From an uncultured delta proteobacterium (GTDB taxonomy: Bacteria > Desulfobacterota > Binatia > UBA9968), in NCBI GenBank assembly GCA_963745035.1, contig CAVUVW010000016.1:160001-224000 (forward strand): 64,000 bases of DNA, written 5' to 3'. Below the pieces are notes generated by a model. That model had not been told where the DNA came from and did not search any database. It saw only the letters and a list, made by a program, of their open reading frames with translations. Numbering within the stretch: position 1 is the first letter of the stretch; every line of letters starts with the position of its first letter. This document shows, piece after piece, positions 9,841-19,406 of this stretch. Position numbers and translations under genes: made by a program.

Positions 9841-11263
9841 TCACTTGAGGCCGAGCTTGGGCGCCCATTTCTCCCAGATCTCTATCGCGCTTCTCAGCGC
9901 TGAATTTGTTCGCCATGGCGAAGCGATCGCGCCAGGGGAAGGGTTTGCAGGCGTCGATCAGCATGCGGCTCATAGTGAAGTCGCCCCTCTCGCGCTTGTC
10001 CGGCGGCAGGCGCGGGTCGAGATCGCTGGTCCAGGATTTGAGAATCTGCACCGATTCCGCCGGATCGACGCGCGTGCACATGGCCCAAATGACTTGTTTC
10101 AAGTCCACCGGATCGATGTCGTCATCTACGGCGATGTAGTAGCGGTACATGCTCGCGCCGGTCTGCATGCCGGCAATCGCGGTGAGCGCTTGCAGCGCCT
10201 GACCGGCATGTCTTTGGTTGAGTGACACGACGACCATCAAAGTATGGCAGTGGCACCATACGCCTTGGATGTCCGAGATGCCGGATTGTTCCAGGTGGTC
10301 CCAAATGCGCGCGGCGTAGAGTGGGATGCCATAGCGTTCTGTGATCGGCAGGAGCGGCGGGTTGCCGAGCAGGATCGGATCGTTCCGATAAAGAATCCGC
10401 TTGATCCGGACGACGCACTCGTTGCCGCTGTGCGTGTAATATCCCGGCCACTCGCCGAACGGTCCTTCGGCGTGGGACTCAACTTCGGGCGAAGGCATCT
10501 CGCCTTCGATGACGATCTCCGAGGTCGCCGGAACCGGCAATCCGGTGAAAGGCGCGCGGATCACTTCGAGAGGCGCGCCGCGCAGTGCGCCGGCGTATTC
10601 GTATTCGCTGACGCCTGCCTTGGCGGCCGACGGCGCGGCCAGCCAAGTGGCCGGCTCGCAGCCGAGCACGATGGCGACGGGGCAGGCGCGGCCTGCCTGC
10701 CAATACTTGCGCGCGATCTGCTTGCCGTGCTTGTGCTCGATGATCCACAGCGTCACGCGATCTTTGCCGGCGATGCAGGAACGATACGTGCCGACGTTGA
10801 ACCAACCGCTGTCGGGATCCTTGATGACCACCATGTCGCCGGTGCCGATGTAGCGGCCGCCGTCGTGTTCATGCCACTTGGGCGTGGGGAAAATACTGAG
10901 GTCGATACGATCGCCCTCGTGGACATTCTCGGTAATCGGGCCCGAAGAGACCTCCTTCGGCTTGAATGGTTTGAGATCGCGAATCTTGGTGCGCCAACTC
11001 TTGAGAATTTCTATTTTCGGCAAGTCGGTAGGCAAGCCGAGAGCGAGCGCGAAGCGGCGCGCGCTGGCGAGCACATTGGCGGCGATGCGAAAACCTTGGG
11101 GATGATCGACGATATTGTCGAACAGCAGGAGGGGGCCTTCTTGCTCGGCCATCAATTCGGTGAGGCAACCGATCTCGAGATCCCAGTGCGCGCCGTCGAT
11201 GTTTTTGACTTCGCCGATGCGCGCGGCGGCGTCGATGAAGGATCTTAGATCGTTAAACGCCAT
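9841..11263 (-). CDS. UbiD-family decarboxylase with canonical EGPFGE motif (frameshift near 9885)
   Basis: MAFNDLRSFID start, FPTPKWHEHDGGRYIGT, NVGTYR, EGPFGEWPGYY. The alternative frame gives EIWEKWAPKLGLK* ending at 9841. Confidence 0.9.
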
Positions 11264-11303
11264 TTCATTGCTCAAACTCAGAAAAAGACCAATTTTTTCG
11301 GAG

Positions 11304-11341
11304 CCCTCACCCTCGCCCTCTCCCACTTCCTGGGCGAGGGA
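11304..11341. repeat. REP-like single arm (ccctcaccctcgccctctccc...gggcgaggga)
   Basis: Hairpin ccctctccca/tgggcgaggg, related to the arms at 62412-62516. Confidence 0.6.
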
Positions 11342-11349
11342 TCTGACAG

Positions 11350-12369
11350 CTACGTTCTGGTTTCTTCGCGAAAAAAACCTAGAGCTTCGATCGCGGGACG
11401 ATCATTGATCGAAAAAAGGATTGCCGGCTCGGAGGAGCGATTTTCATGAGCGTGCCAATTCCATAGCGGCACGACGAAGGAATCTCCCTGCTCCCAGTCA
11501 AATTTCTCATCGCCGATCAGGGTTGTGCCCGATCCGCGAAAAGCGTGATAAACGACCGTGTAGGTGTGGCGGTGCGAGCGGCCTTTTTCGCCGGGGCGAA
11601 ACATCTGCACTTCACAATTCACGGTCGGCAACGTCGAGCCGCCGCTGAGCGGATCGGAGTAGCGCAGGAGGACACCATCGTAAGGATCACCGGGGACTTC
11701 GGCGCTTGATGCGAAAGCTTTCTCGGTCTCCTTCCAGGCATACCGATAAGGCGGACGATAGTTTTTTGAGACCTGCTCTGGCACCGATTGTGGGCGCAAG
11801 ACATTGTAGGTTTTTTGCGACCAACCAGTCGGCTTTGTTACCGGCTGCTGCCGGTCATGAAACGGATTGGCGAAACCCGCTTGATAGTAGTGCAGCATCG
11901 GTCCGTCGGCGCCGTCGAGCCAGACGATCGGCGTATCGCCGCTGTTGACGTGATCGTGCCAGCTCCAGCTCGGCGTCGTGATCAGATCGCCGGGTTCCAT
12001 GGGCAGCGGCTCGCCTTCGACCACCGTCGCAGCGCCGTGGCCTTCGACGACGAAACGGATCGCGCCCATGGTATGACGATGCGCCGGCGCGAACTCGCCG
12101 GGCCGAACCATTTGCGCGCCCATGAGCAAAGTGTGCGCCGTGCCGAGCTTCAAGTCGGGATGCTGGTAGCCGATGAATCGACGAAAGGCGTCTTCGGGCC
12201 GAATGAAATGCGCGGCTTGGTCGAGCGCCGCGCGGATCTCGTTCCATTTCCATAGAAACGGCCGGAAGTTGGCTTCCGGCTCGCGAAAGCCGGTGCTGGT
12301 GTTGGGAATTGTCCAATAACCGATCAGGTGCTGCTCTTTGAGTTTCTGATTCAGTTCTTCTAGCGACAT
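11350..12369 (-). CDS. Bicupin ring-cleaving dioxygenase, gentisate 1,2-dioxygenase-like
   Basis: PGEFAPAHRHTMGAIRF, GDLITTPSWSWHDH, WLDGAD.P, and second cupin HRHT..GDSFVVPLWNWHAHEN. Confidence 0.88.
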   Translation of the reverse strand: MSLEELNQKLKEQHLIGYWTIPNTSTGFREPEANFRPFLWKWNEIRAALDQAAHFIRPEDAFRRFIGYQHPDLKLGTAHTLLMGAQMVRPGEFAPAHRHTMGAIRFVVEGHGAATVVEGEPLPMEPGDLITTPSWSWHDHVNSGDTPIVWLDGADGPMLHYYQAGFANPFHDRQQPVTKPTGWSQKTYNVLRPQSVPEQVSKNYRPPYRYAWKETEKAFASSAEVPGDPYDGVLLRYSDPLSGGSTLPTVNCEVQMFRPGEKGRSHRHTYTVVYHAFRGSGTTLIGDEKFDWEQGDSFVVPLWNWHAHENRSSEPAILFSINDRPAIEALGFFREETRT

Positions 12370-12386
12370 TTGTCCTCGCTTCGCCC

Positions 12387-12454
12387 GGAATCTCAGATTT
12401 CAAATTTCAGAGCGTACAGCTTCGTGCTATTTGGGATCTGAAATCTGAGATTCC
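12387..12454. repeat. Inverted repeat of heptamer units (ATYTCAR / ATCTGAR)
   Basis: ggaatctcagatttcaaatttcag ... atctgaaatctgagattcc. Confidence 0.75.
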
Positions 12455-12477
12455 GAAAGCGGCTGAGCCGCTTTCGG
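12453..12477 (-). terminator. Perfect GC hairpin immediately after the 12478-13221 stop (terminator or mRNA-stabilising stem)
   Basis: ccgaaagcggc-tga-gccgctttcgg. No clear U-tract. Confidence 0.45.
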
Positions 12478-13221
12478 CTAATGCGTGGCGGCGTAGCAGC
12501 CGTCCATGAATATCTTGTTCAAATCCGCCGGCGTCACCGCACAATATTGCGCCGAGTAGCCGGGTCGCTCGTTGACGCCTTCCTGCAGGAGCCGGACGAG
12601 CACCTCCTGGGTTACCGCGCCGTGCGCTTTGCGATCCAGGTGATCCATGGTGTCGGCTTCGTGGTGCTTAGAAAAATAGCTCGCATCGGCGGTCGAGAGA
12701 CCATAGTGCATGGTGAGGGCGTTAAAAAAATCCAGGCAAGAATTTCCAAAGGGATGCTCCCACAGAACCGAAAACCAGTATTCCTGGATTTGGCCATCGT
12801 TGATCAGGGTACGATGAAAGTCCGGCAGCGCCCGGCATTCGGGCAACATCGGCGAGAGCAGGACCTCTTCTTTCGTAAGGCCCAAAGCCTTGCCCGTGCT
12901 CATGAGAATTTGAATATGCCCCGGCGGGCAGGGATGGCCGAACTCATCGAGGACCTTTTGCGTATAGACTTCCATCAGATCGACGTTTTTCACAAAAAAC
13001 CATAGATGCTTGTAGAAGGCCGAGGTGTAAACCGAGTTGATCACCGGAACGAAAGCGCCCCAGTTCTTGTAGAAAAGCTGGATGGTCTCTTTTTTGAGTT
13101 TTCCTTCGCGCAATTCGTTCATGAAACGAGTCTTGTCGACCGTCTCCTTCCAACGCCTGTCGCACTTTGCCGCCAGTTCGGCGACAAATTCTTTTGCTTG
13201 GGTGTCGTTCAACTTGAGCAT
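12478..13221 (-). CDS. Heme-oxygenase-fold protein (TenA/PqqC/CADD-like), paralog 2
   Basis: Shares LFYKNWG.F, DEFGHP.PPGH, ALGLTK, PMLPECRA and YFSKHHEAD..H..HG with 4701-5468. AGGAG RBS. Confidence 0.7.
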   Translation of the reverse strand: MLKLNDTQAKEFVAELAAKCDRRWKETVDKTRFMNELREGKLKKETIQLFYKNWGAFVPVINSVYTSAFYKHLWFFVKNVDLMEVYTQKVLDEFGHPCPPGHIQILMSTGKALGLTKEEVLLSPMLPECRALPDFHRTLINDGQIQEYWFSVLWEHPFGNSCLDFFNALTMHYGLSTADASYFSKHHEADTMDHLDRKAHGAVTQEVLVRLLQEGVNERPGYSAQYCAVTPADLNKIFMDGCYAATH

Positions 13222-13361
13222 CTCGGCTCCTTCTGAATAGTCGAGAATTCTCTCCCCCCTTAATGCACACCCGCCGAGGTGTCAAGGCGACCTTTACGCG
13301 TCCTTGCTGAGAATGACTCTCCTGAGCTAGAATCGAAAAATCACCTGAGGAGGATTTAAAC

Positions 13362-13718
13362 ATGGACGTGGCCAACCTCGAAGAATTGATGAAGACGGCG
13401 AAGCGAAAAATCGACCTATTCGGCACGGATAATTTTCGCTCCTGGATGCTCTATTTCGTTCCGGGCGACGGCACTGACATGCATTATCATGCCAATCCGG
13501 AGACTTTTCTTGTCCTGTCGGGCAGCGGAGTGGTCAAAGGTTTGAAGGGGGAAGAGCGGCCGATTCAAAAGAACGAGGTACTTTTTTTGAACGCCAAGGA
13601 TTATTACCAGATCACCAACACCGGCAGCGAACCGTTGGTGTTGTTTGGCAATCGCTCCGAGCCGTTTGGCGGACCTCATATTAAAGCGGACGGCACGAAC
13701 CGCAATGCCCAGGCGTGA
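13362..13718 (+). CDS. Cupin-domain protein
   Basis: PGDGTDMHYH...ETFLVLSGSG cupin motif 1. GAGGAG RBS. Divergent from the HO-like gene. Confidence 0.85.
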   Translation: MDVANLEELMKTAKRKIDLFGTDNFRSWMLYFVPGDGTDMHYHANPETFLVLSGSGVVKGLKGEERPIQKNEVLFLNAKDYYQITNTGSEPLVLFGNRSEPFGGPHIKADGTNRNAQA

Positions 13719-13742
13719 TCGTTCTCAACGGACCGGTCTCGA

Positions 13743-13771
13743 TTGACAACTTGGAAGCCAATGATTAATTT
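13743..13771 (+). promoter_or_regulatory. Candidate sigma-70 promoter
   Basis: TTGACA-N17-TAATTT, about 30 bp upstream of the 13803 ATG. Confidence 0.5.
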
Positions 13772-13802
13772 GCTCAAGAAACGCGCACATTAAGGATCTT
13801 TC

Positions 13803-14147
13803 ATGCCTATTTATGAGTACGACTGTCAGAGATGCGGAACCTTTGAAGCGACACAGAGAATTACCGACAAGCCTTTGGCCAAGTGTCCCACCTGCAAGAG
13901 CAAAGTGAGAAAGCTCATTTCCAATACGTCGTTTCAATTGAAGGGTACCGGTTGGTACGTCACCGACTACGCCCGCAAGGGCAAAAGTGAGGACGGCAAG
14001 AGCGATACTGCCAAGACCGAGAGCTCCAAGAACGAAGGCGCCTCTAAGCCCACTGCCGAATCAAAGAGCGAATCCAAAAAAAGCGACAGTTCAACGAAGA
14101 GCGCCGGCGATAAGGGCTCTTCGGCCACGAGCACCGCTTCGACTTGA
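13803..14147 (+). CDS. FmdB-family zinc-ribbon protein
   Basis: [12 protein letters not shown]...CPTC...[13 protein letters not shown] followed by an S/K-rich low-complexity tail. Confidence 0.92.
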   Translation: MPIYEYDCQRCGTFEATQRITDKPLAKCPTCKSKVRKLISNTSFQLKGTGWYVTDYARKGKSEDGKSDTAKTESSKNEGASKPTAESKSESKKSDSSTKSAGDKGSSATSTAST

Positions 14148-14190
14148 GGACCACCACCACCCCGACTTTTCGAAAATCGCGATTTTCAAT

Positions 14191-14224
14191 CGACGGCGCC
14201 TCTCAAGGGCGCCGTCGGCGTTTT
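14191..14224 (+). terminator. Candidate intrinsic terminator
   Basis: cgacggcgcc-tctcaag-ggcgccgtcg followed by gcgtttt. Confidence 0.5.
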
Positions 14225-14332
14225 GGCGGAACTTTGCACGCTGCGGCTTGAAAAAGGGGCTAGATTTGAAAATTGATTTTCGCTATAGCTGGAAACAGTC
14301 ATCAAAAAAATAGCTGAAGGAGGTTTCGATCA

Positions 14333-15064
14333 ATGGCGCAGACTATTGATAATATCGTTGACCCCAGTGATTCCAGCCTGACATCGGAAATGGTTCAGTT
14401 TGCTGGACCCGCCGGTAACGTGAATGCGTACGTTTCACGACCCAAGGACGGAAAAAACCTCGGCACTGTAATCGTGATTCACGAAAACCGAGGGCTAGTC
14501 GGACATATCAAGGATGTCGCGCGGCGCTTCGCGAAGGACGGCTTTGCGGCGATCGCGGTGGATTGTATGAGCCGCATCGGAGGCAGCGACAAATGGAACG
14601 GTAGCGATGAGGCGACCAAAGAAATCCAAAAGGTAAACGGCACCATGGTCGCCGAGGATTTGAGCGCGGCCGTAGCTCACATGAAAAAGCAGAACTACGT
14701 CAACGGTAAGTTCGGCGTGGTCGGCTACTGCTGGGGCGGCGGGCAATCGCTCAATTTTGCGACGAAATCGAAGGATCTCAATGCCGCCGTGGTTTATTAT
14801 GGCCGCAATCCCGAGCTCGATGCGGTCGCGAATATTCCGTGCAAGGTGATGGGAAATTACGCCGAAGATGATCCCAACATCATGCCGGGCGTTGAGCCGC
14901 TAAAAGCTGCAATGGCAAAAGCGGGAAAGAACTTCGACGTGAAAGTTTATCCGGGCGCAAAGCACGCCTTCAACAACAACACCAACGCGGATCGCTACAA
15001 TCCGGATGCGGCGAAGGACGCCTGGGCGAGAACGACGAAATTTTTTAAAGAGAATTTAGCGTAA
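14333..15064 (+). CDS. Dienelactone hydrolase family protein
   Basis: VIHENRGL, GYCWGG nucleophile motif, YPGAKHAF. AAGGAGG RBS. Confidence 0.93.
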   Translation: MAQTIDNIVDPSDSSLTSEMVQFAGPAGNVNAYVSRPKDGKNLGTVIVIHENRGLVGHIKDVARRFAKDGFAAIAVDCMSRIGGSDKWNGSDEATKEIQKVNGTMVAEDLSAAVAHMKKQNYVNGKFGVVGYCWGGGQSLNFATKSKDLNAAVVYYGRNPELDAVANIPCKVMGNYAEDDPNIMPGVEPLKAAMAKAGKNFDVKVYPGAKHAFNNNTNADRYNPDAAKDAWARTTKFFKENLA

Positions 15065-15082
15065 GCGACTGATCATCGCTCG

Positions 15083-15126
15083 ACAACGGCACGCGGCCTT
15101 TTCATTGGAGGCTGCGTGCCGTTGTT
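15083..15126. terminator. Long hairpin between convergent genes (bidirectional terminator candidate)
   Basis: acaacggcacgcggcct ... aggctgcgtgccgttgt. Confidence 0.6.
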
Positions 15127-15451
15127 ATTTGGTGGCGGCAATTTCCGGGCGATCGCCGATAGCGGTGCGGGCGAGCTCCGGGGTGATTACGTATGGTCCC
15201 TCGGTAGTATCTCGCCAGACTTGGCGGGTCACTTCGGTGTCGCCGCCCGTAACTACGTAAGATAACGCGCCGCTCAACGCGCCGATCGTGAGCGAAATGG
15301 CTTTGATCGGCAAGAACAACAGATTCCCGGCGGTTACGCCGACCCCGACTCCGGCCTTTTCGATCGCCTCCTCCGCTTTCAACAAAGCGGGAGACAGGCC
15401 GATCAGAGTCGAAACCAGCACAGCGAGCGAAAGCTGCCGGAGCTTGACCAT
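15125..15451 (-). CDS. Hypothetical exported/membrane protein
   Basis: Start MVKLRQL after a GGAGGA RBS, signal-like N-terminus, one further hydrophobic segment. Confidence 0.65.
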   Translation of the reverse strand: MVKLRQLSLAVLVSTLIGLSPALLKAEEAIEKAGVGVGVTAGNLLFLPIKAISLTIGALSGALSYVVTGGDTEVTRQVWRDTTEGPYVITPELARTAIGDRPEIAATK

Positions 15452-15455
15452 CGCG

Positions 15456-15806
15456 TTATCCTCCAAAAAACATCTTCGACCGGATGGCATCGACGCCGTG
15501 GGTCGGGTTCCAGTAGCGGCGCACGCCGAAGTAATAGCAGCAAGCTTCATTGTCGAGATCGTTGTTGAAGCAGCGCAATTGTCCGTCCTGAAAGCGCACC
15601 CGCGCCAGACAGGTGCCGCCGGGAACCGATGAGGTCATCACTTCCATGACCACGCCGATGCCCCACTCCTCGTAGCGCAAATGATTCACCTCATCACCGA
15701 CGCGGAGGTAGAGCCGTTTGCCGTCGCTCAGGGCCACGGACTTGTCGGCGCGTCGGTTGAAATGTTTGAGCGTCAGGGCGACATCCGGATTGTGCGATTC
15801 CCACAC
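15456..15806 (-). CDS. Small SH3-like protein, DUF3553-like (start uncertain)
   Basis: VGDEVNHLRYEEWGIGVV pattern followed by ARVRFQDG. Confidence 0.55.
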   Translation of the reverse strand: MWESHNPDVALTLKHFNRRADKSVALSDGKRLYLRVGDEVNHLRYEEWGIGVVMEVMTSSVPGGTCLARVRFQDGQLRCFNNDLDNEACCYYFGVRRYWNPTHGVDAIRSKMFFGG

Positions 15807-16055
15807 GCGTTGCCGTTTCGCGCCGGCGGTTCAAGGCGCTTTCTTGAAGCGCGCGCTTGATCCGGGAGCGCCGCGCCGCCCTTGTGCGAAGAATTCCGCT
15901 TGCTCACAACCTTTCCTTCAATCGCATGTTCCCGTGAATCCATCTCGGTTGTTTTGAACATAATCACCGAAATCGACTTCCATAGTCAAGGTCCCGCGGC
16001 GCGCTTTTCGGCAGCTTATTCGTTGGTGCGGCAGTCGTCGGCTTGCACCGCCGAG

Positions 16056-16931
16056 TTACTGCAGATCGAAGAACGACGCGACCACTTCCGCCAATTGCGC
16101 CGGATTGTCCTGATGGATCATATGGCCGGCGCGGGCGACGGTCAGAATTCGGTGGTCTCGGATGGCGGCGTAGCGCTGCTGTTTGTCGGTGCGCCGGGTC
16201 TGGCGGCTCTCTGCGCCGTCGACGATCAGCACCGGGCATGCGATGCGTCGGAAAAATTCCAGCGCTTGCGCCGTGTAAAACGGCTGCGGCGCGGCGGTGC
16301 GGTGCAATGGATCGAATTTCCAAACCCATTTGCCGTTGGCATTCTGCTTCATGCCGGCGTGCGCCAGATCGAAGGCAAATTCTTTCTTGAGCCGCGGATT
16401 GGTTTGCTGCAGTTGAGTGGCGCCGGCCGCGACGCTTGTGTACTCGCGAAAGTGGTTGCGGCCGCGTTCATGCCAGTCGCCGATCCAACCGGCCATTCGC
16501 GACGGCGCGTCGGTAAAATCCATTCCCGGAGGTCCGACCCCTTCGATCAAGACGAGGTGGGCCAAGCGTTCGGGAAACGTGCCGGCGTAGAGAAAAGAAA
16601 TAGTGCCGCCCATCGAATGACCGATCAGATTGAATCGGGTGAGGCCGAGCGTCCTGACGACACAATCCAGATCATAAACATAATCCGGAAAATGGTAGTA
16701 ACCGCCGGCGCCGACCCAGCCGCTATCACCGTGGCCGCGGCAGTCGGGGGCGATGATCCAGAGAGGGCGTTCGGCCCGCTCGAGCAGCTCGGCGACGAAG
16801 AATTTCCAGCTCTGCGCCTGGTCGAGAAAGCCGTGCACGAGAACGACTGGTTCGCCGGTCGGATCGCCCCACTCCAGACAGTGAATCGACAGCCCCTGAG
16901 AATCGACGATCCTGTGGCGCGGCGCCGTCAT
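16056..16931 (-). CDS. Alpha/beta fold hydrolase
   Basis: VLVHGFLD, APDCRGHGDS, GHSMGG and AGHMIHQDNP motifs. Confidence 0.92.
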   Translation of the reverse strand: MTAPRHRIVDSQGLSIHCLEWGDPTGEPVVLVHGFLDQAQSWKFFVAELLERAERPLWIIAPDCRGHGDSGWVGAGGYYHFPDYVYDLDCVVRTLGLTRFNLIGHSMGGTISFLYAGTFPERLAHLVLIEGVGPPGMDFTDAPSRMAGWIGDWHERGRNHFREYTSVAAGATQLQQTNPRLKKEFAFDLAHAGMKQNANGKWVWKFDPLHRTAAPQPFYTAQALEFFRRIACPVLIVDGAESRQTRRTDKQQRYAAIRDHRILTVARAGHMIHQDNPAQLAEVVASFFDLQ

Positions 16932-16935
16932 GGAG

Positions 16936-17409
16936 TTAGGTTTTGCGGAGCGGCAGCTCGACGAAATCTTTGCTCTCGTCGGACCAGGCAAATGCTTTGA
17001 CGTCTTTCACGGCGCGGTTGTACACCGATACGACGATCTGAGCCGCGCCCGGGAAGGTCGGCTCGCCGAACGGAGTCGCGAACGCCTTGTCCTCCGCGGA
17101 GAAGTAGGCTTCGTGCTCGGGGTGAGAGTGATAGAATGCCTTGAGCTTGGCGCCGGCGCGATCTTCCGCTTGAAGAATCGATTCCAGCTCTCGCGGATCC
17201 ATGGCGTAGGCGATGACCGCCGTGCGCGGGTAGGTCAGCGGATCGAGCGCGTGGAGCTTGTTCTGAATGTTCTCCACCCGGCGCACCCGGTCCGTACCGC
17301 CGTCGGAAAAGACCAGCCCACAACACTCTTCCGGGAAAGCTTCTTGAGAATGGCGCGCGATCTCATCCCACGCGCGTTGACCGAGATGAATTTCTCCGCG
17401 TACGCTCAT
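16936..17409 (-). CDS. M67/JAB (Mec-like) metallopeptidase
   Basis: FPEECCG and YHSHPEHEAYFSAED (HxH-x7-SxxD JAMM motif). Has its own ATG at 17409. Confidence 0.88.
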   Translation of the reverse strand: MSVRGEIHLGQRAWDEIARHSQEAFPEECCGLVFSDGGTDRVRRVENIQNKLHALDPLTYPRTAVIAYAMDPRELESILQAEDRAGAKLKAFYHSHPEHEAYFSAEDKAFATPFGEPTFPGAAQIVVSVYNRAVKDVKAFAWSDESKDFVELPLRKT

Positions 17410-17496
17410 CAGGGGAAATTTAGGGCCTCGGTCGGCGGAACGCAAGCGCAGCCGGTTTCGCCGTGTACGATGAATGAGGCTGCGCGGGTCGCCGCA

Positions 17497-17532
17497 AAAA
17501 ACAAAAGGCGGGAACTTTTCCCCGCCTTTTGC
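17497..17532 (-). terminator. Intrinsic terminator after the UbiD-family gene
   Basis: Minus strand caaaaggcgggg-aaaagt-tcccgccttttg followed by ttttt. Confidence 0.75.
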
Positions 17533-17555
17533 AAAGCCGCGCGCTGCCGTGGAGC

Positions 17556-19129
17556 TTATCTGCCGGTGCGCGCCAAGGAATGCACCCAACCGAGCATGCG
17601 CGATCTTGGCGTTTTGAATGTCTTTGTCGCTGAACCATTTTTTGAGATCGATCCGGTCGACCGGATAAACCGGCCGCATGAAGTCGCTCTCGTAGCCGAA
17701 CGGCACGGTCGCGTCGATGCCCATGCCGCCTTCGAAATTGGTGTTCGACGCGGTCCACTCGCGCTCGCCGGCGGTCATGCGCTCGGCGGGCATAAACGTC
17801 TGGCCGCGGCCGCCGGGCAGCGGATTGATGATGTCGGTTTTCGGATTCACGCGCGTGGTGAGGTTCCAGATGATGTCGTCCATGTCGTAGGGATCGGAGT
17901 CTTCGCTGACCGCGATCACCAGGCGTGAGCCCTGCGAGGTCGCCAAAATGGCGGCCATGAAATTTCTCTGCCAGCCTTCTTCGATGCGGTTGCGTTTTTT
18001 CACCTGGATGATCGCGCCGCCCCAGTCGGTCATGCAGTAAGGAATGTTGACGTCCATGATGATGCCGGGCTGCATTCTTTCGCAGAGCTCGAACATCGCC
18101 GCTTCACGCACCGTCGTGTCGATGTTGTGATCGTCGAGGGTGTGCACGCCGAGCGGGAAAATGATCGGCTTGCCTTCGCGTTTGCGCGTGGTGACGGCGG
18201 TGACGTGGAAGGTAGGCGCTTTATAGGCCTTGCCCATATAACCGGCCCATTCCGGATGAAAGTGAAAGCGGCCTTGAACGCCGGCCTTTTCCGATTCTGC
18301 GGTTTCGAAGCGCCGATCGCGCGGATTGACGTAGCCTTCGAGAATGACTTCAGCGTCGGCTAACCCGTAGGCGTCCACCGTGCGGGCTTTTACCAAACGC
18401 ATGGGCGCGCCTTGGACCGCGCCGGCAACGCCGACTTCGTCGCAGCCTTGCGGCAAAATCACATAATCAAAACCGGCGCCGGCCAGCAGCGAGCCCGCCG
18501 GCGGCAGACCGAAATTCATGGTGATCGGCACCATCTTGTCGTCTTTGTAGTATTTGCTCACCACCTGCCACATGTGCGAGCCGGGAGAAATTTGAAACGT
18601 GCCGACGTTGCCCCAGCGAAAATTCATGCGGTTGTAGCCGAGGTCGGTGCCGCCGCTGAAATACTCGCCGGAGATCAGCCGGTTGCCCGAGCCGACGGTC
18701 AATTCCGGTTCGATGTCGGTGTGGCGGATCGGGATGACGAATTCGTTGGCTTCCGCCGGTTTTTCGTAGACTTCTTCCTGCACCGGCGCGTCTTTCTGGT
18801 CGACGACGATGGGCGCAATCGGATGGGTCAGGGCGTAGGCGAGTTTTCTCGTGCGGTCCGCGTGGTCCTTCCAGCCGAACATCTTGTTGATGACGTTCAT
18901 GTCGCCGAACAAGTTGGTGATCGCCCGATGATGCGGCTTGCCTTTGACGTTGATTGAACAGAATCGGACAGCCGCCGTCCAATTGCTTCTGAATGCCGGT
19001 GATTTCCAGGTCGGGATCGACTTCCTTCTCGGTGATCAGGATATCGCCTTCCTTTTTCATCCACTCGATCGCATGTCGCAGATCTCTGACCTCTTCCGGA
19101 GCCGCGCCGTTGGTCTTCGCGTTAGCCAT
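17556..19129 (-). CDS. UbiD-family decarboxylase of a divergent clade, possibly phthaloyl-CoA decarboxylase-like (frameshifts near 18950 and 17605)
   Basis: Joined frames give MANAKTN..DLRHAIEW..EVDPDLEITG..LFNNVKGK..TNLFGD..DLGYNRM..FHFHPEWAGYMG..GMGIDATVPF..RMLGWVHSLARTGR*, about 525 aa. GGAGG RBS. Confidence 0.85.
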
Positions 19130-19406
19130 TGCTTGCCTCCCAATGATTTGTGAGTCTGTGTCCAGTCGTTTGAACGGTTTACCCGAAAAACTCAAATTTC
19201 CTTCTGCGGTCGGATATCAAAAATCGGGGCGAGGGTCGAATTCGGGGCGCCGGACGGTGAATTACGCTTATACGACATTTTTTTCAAAGTCAACGAACGC
19301 TCGTATCATCACAGCTTATCAGCGCCCGAGTGGGCGCTGTCGCCGCCGCACCCTTTACAGTTTGTCATCGGCTTGCTATCACTTCTGAGATTATTTTTCG
19401 ACACTT

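Noticed and set aside
16936-18912. Apparent 658-aa UbiD-JAB fusion ORF
   Set aside because: A one-base shift near 17605 gives a natural UbiD end (stop at 17556) followed by an intrinsic terminator at 17497-17532. The linker translates non-coding DNA, and JAB has its own ATG.
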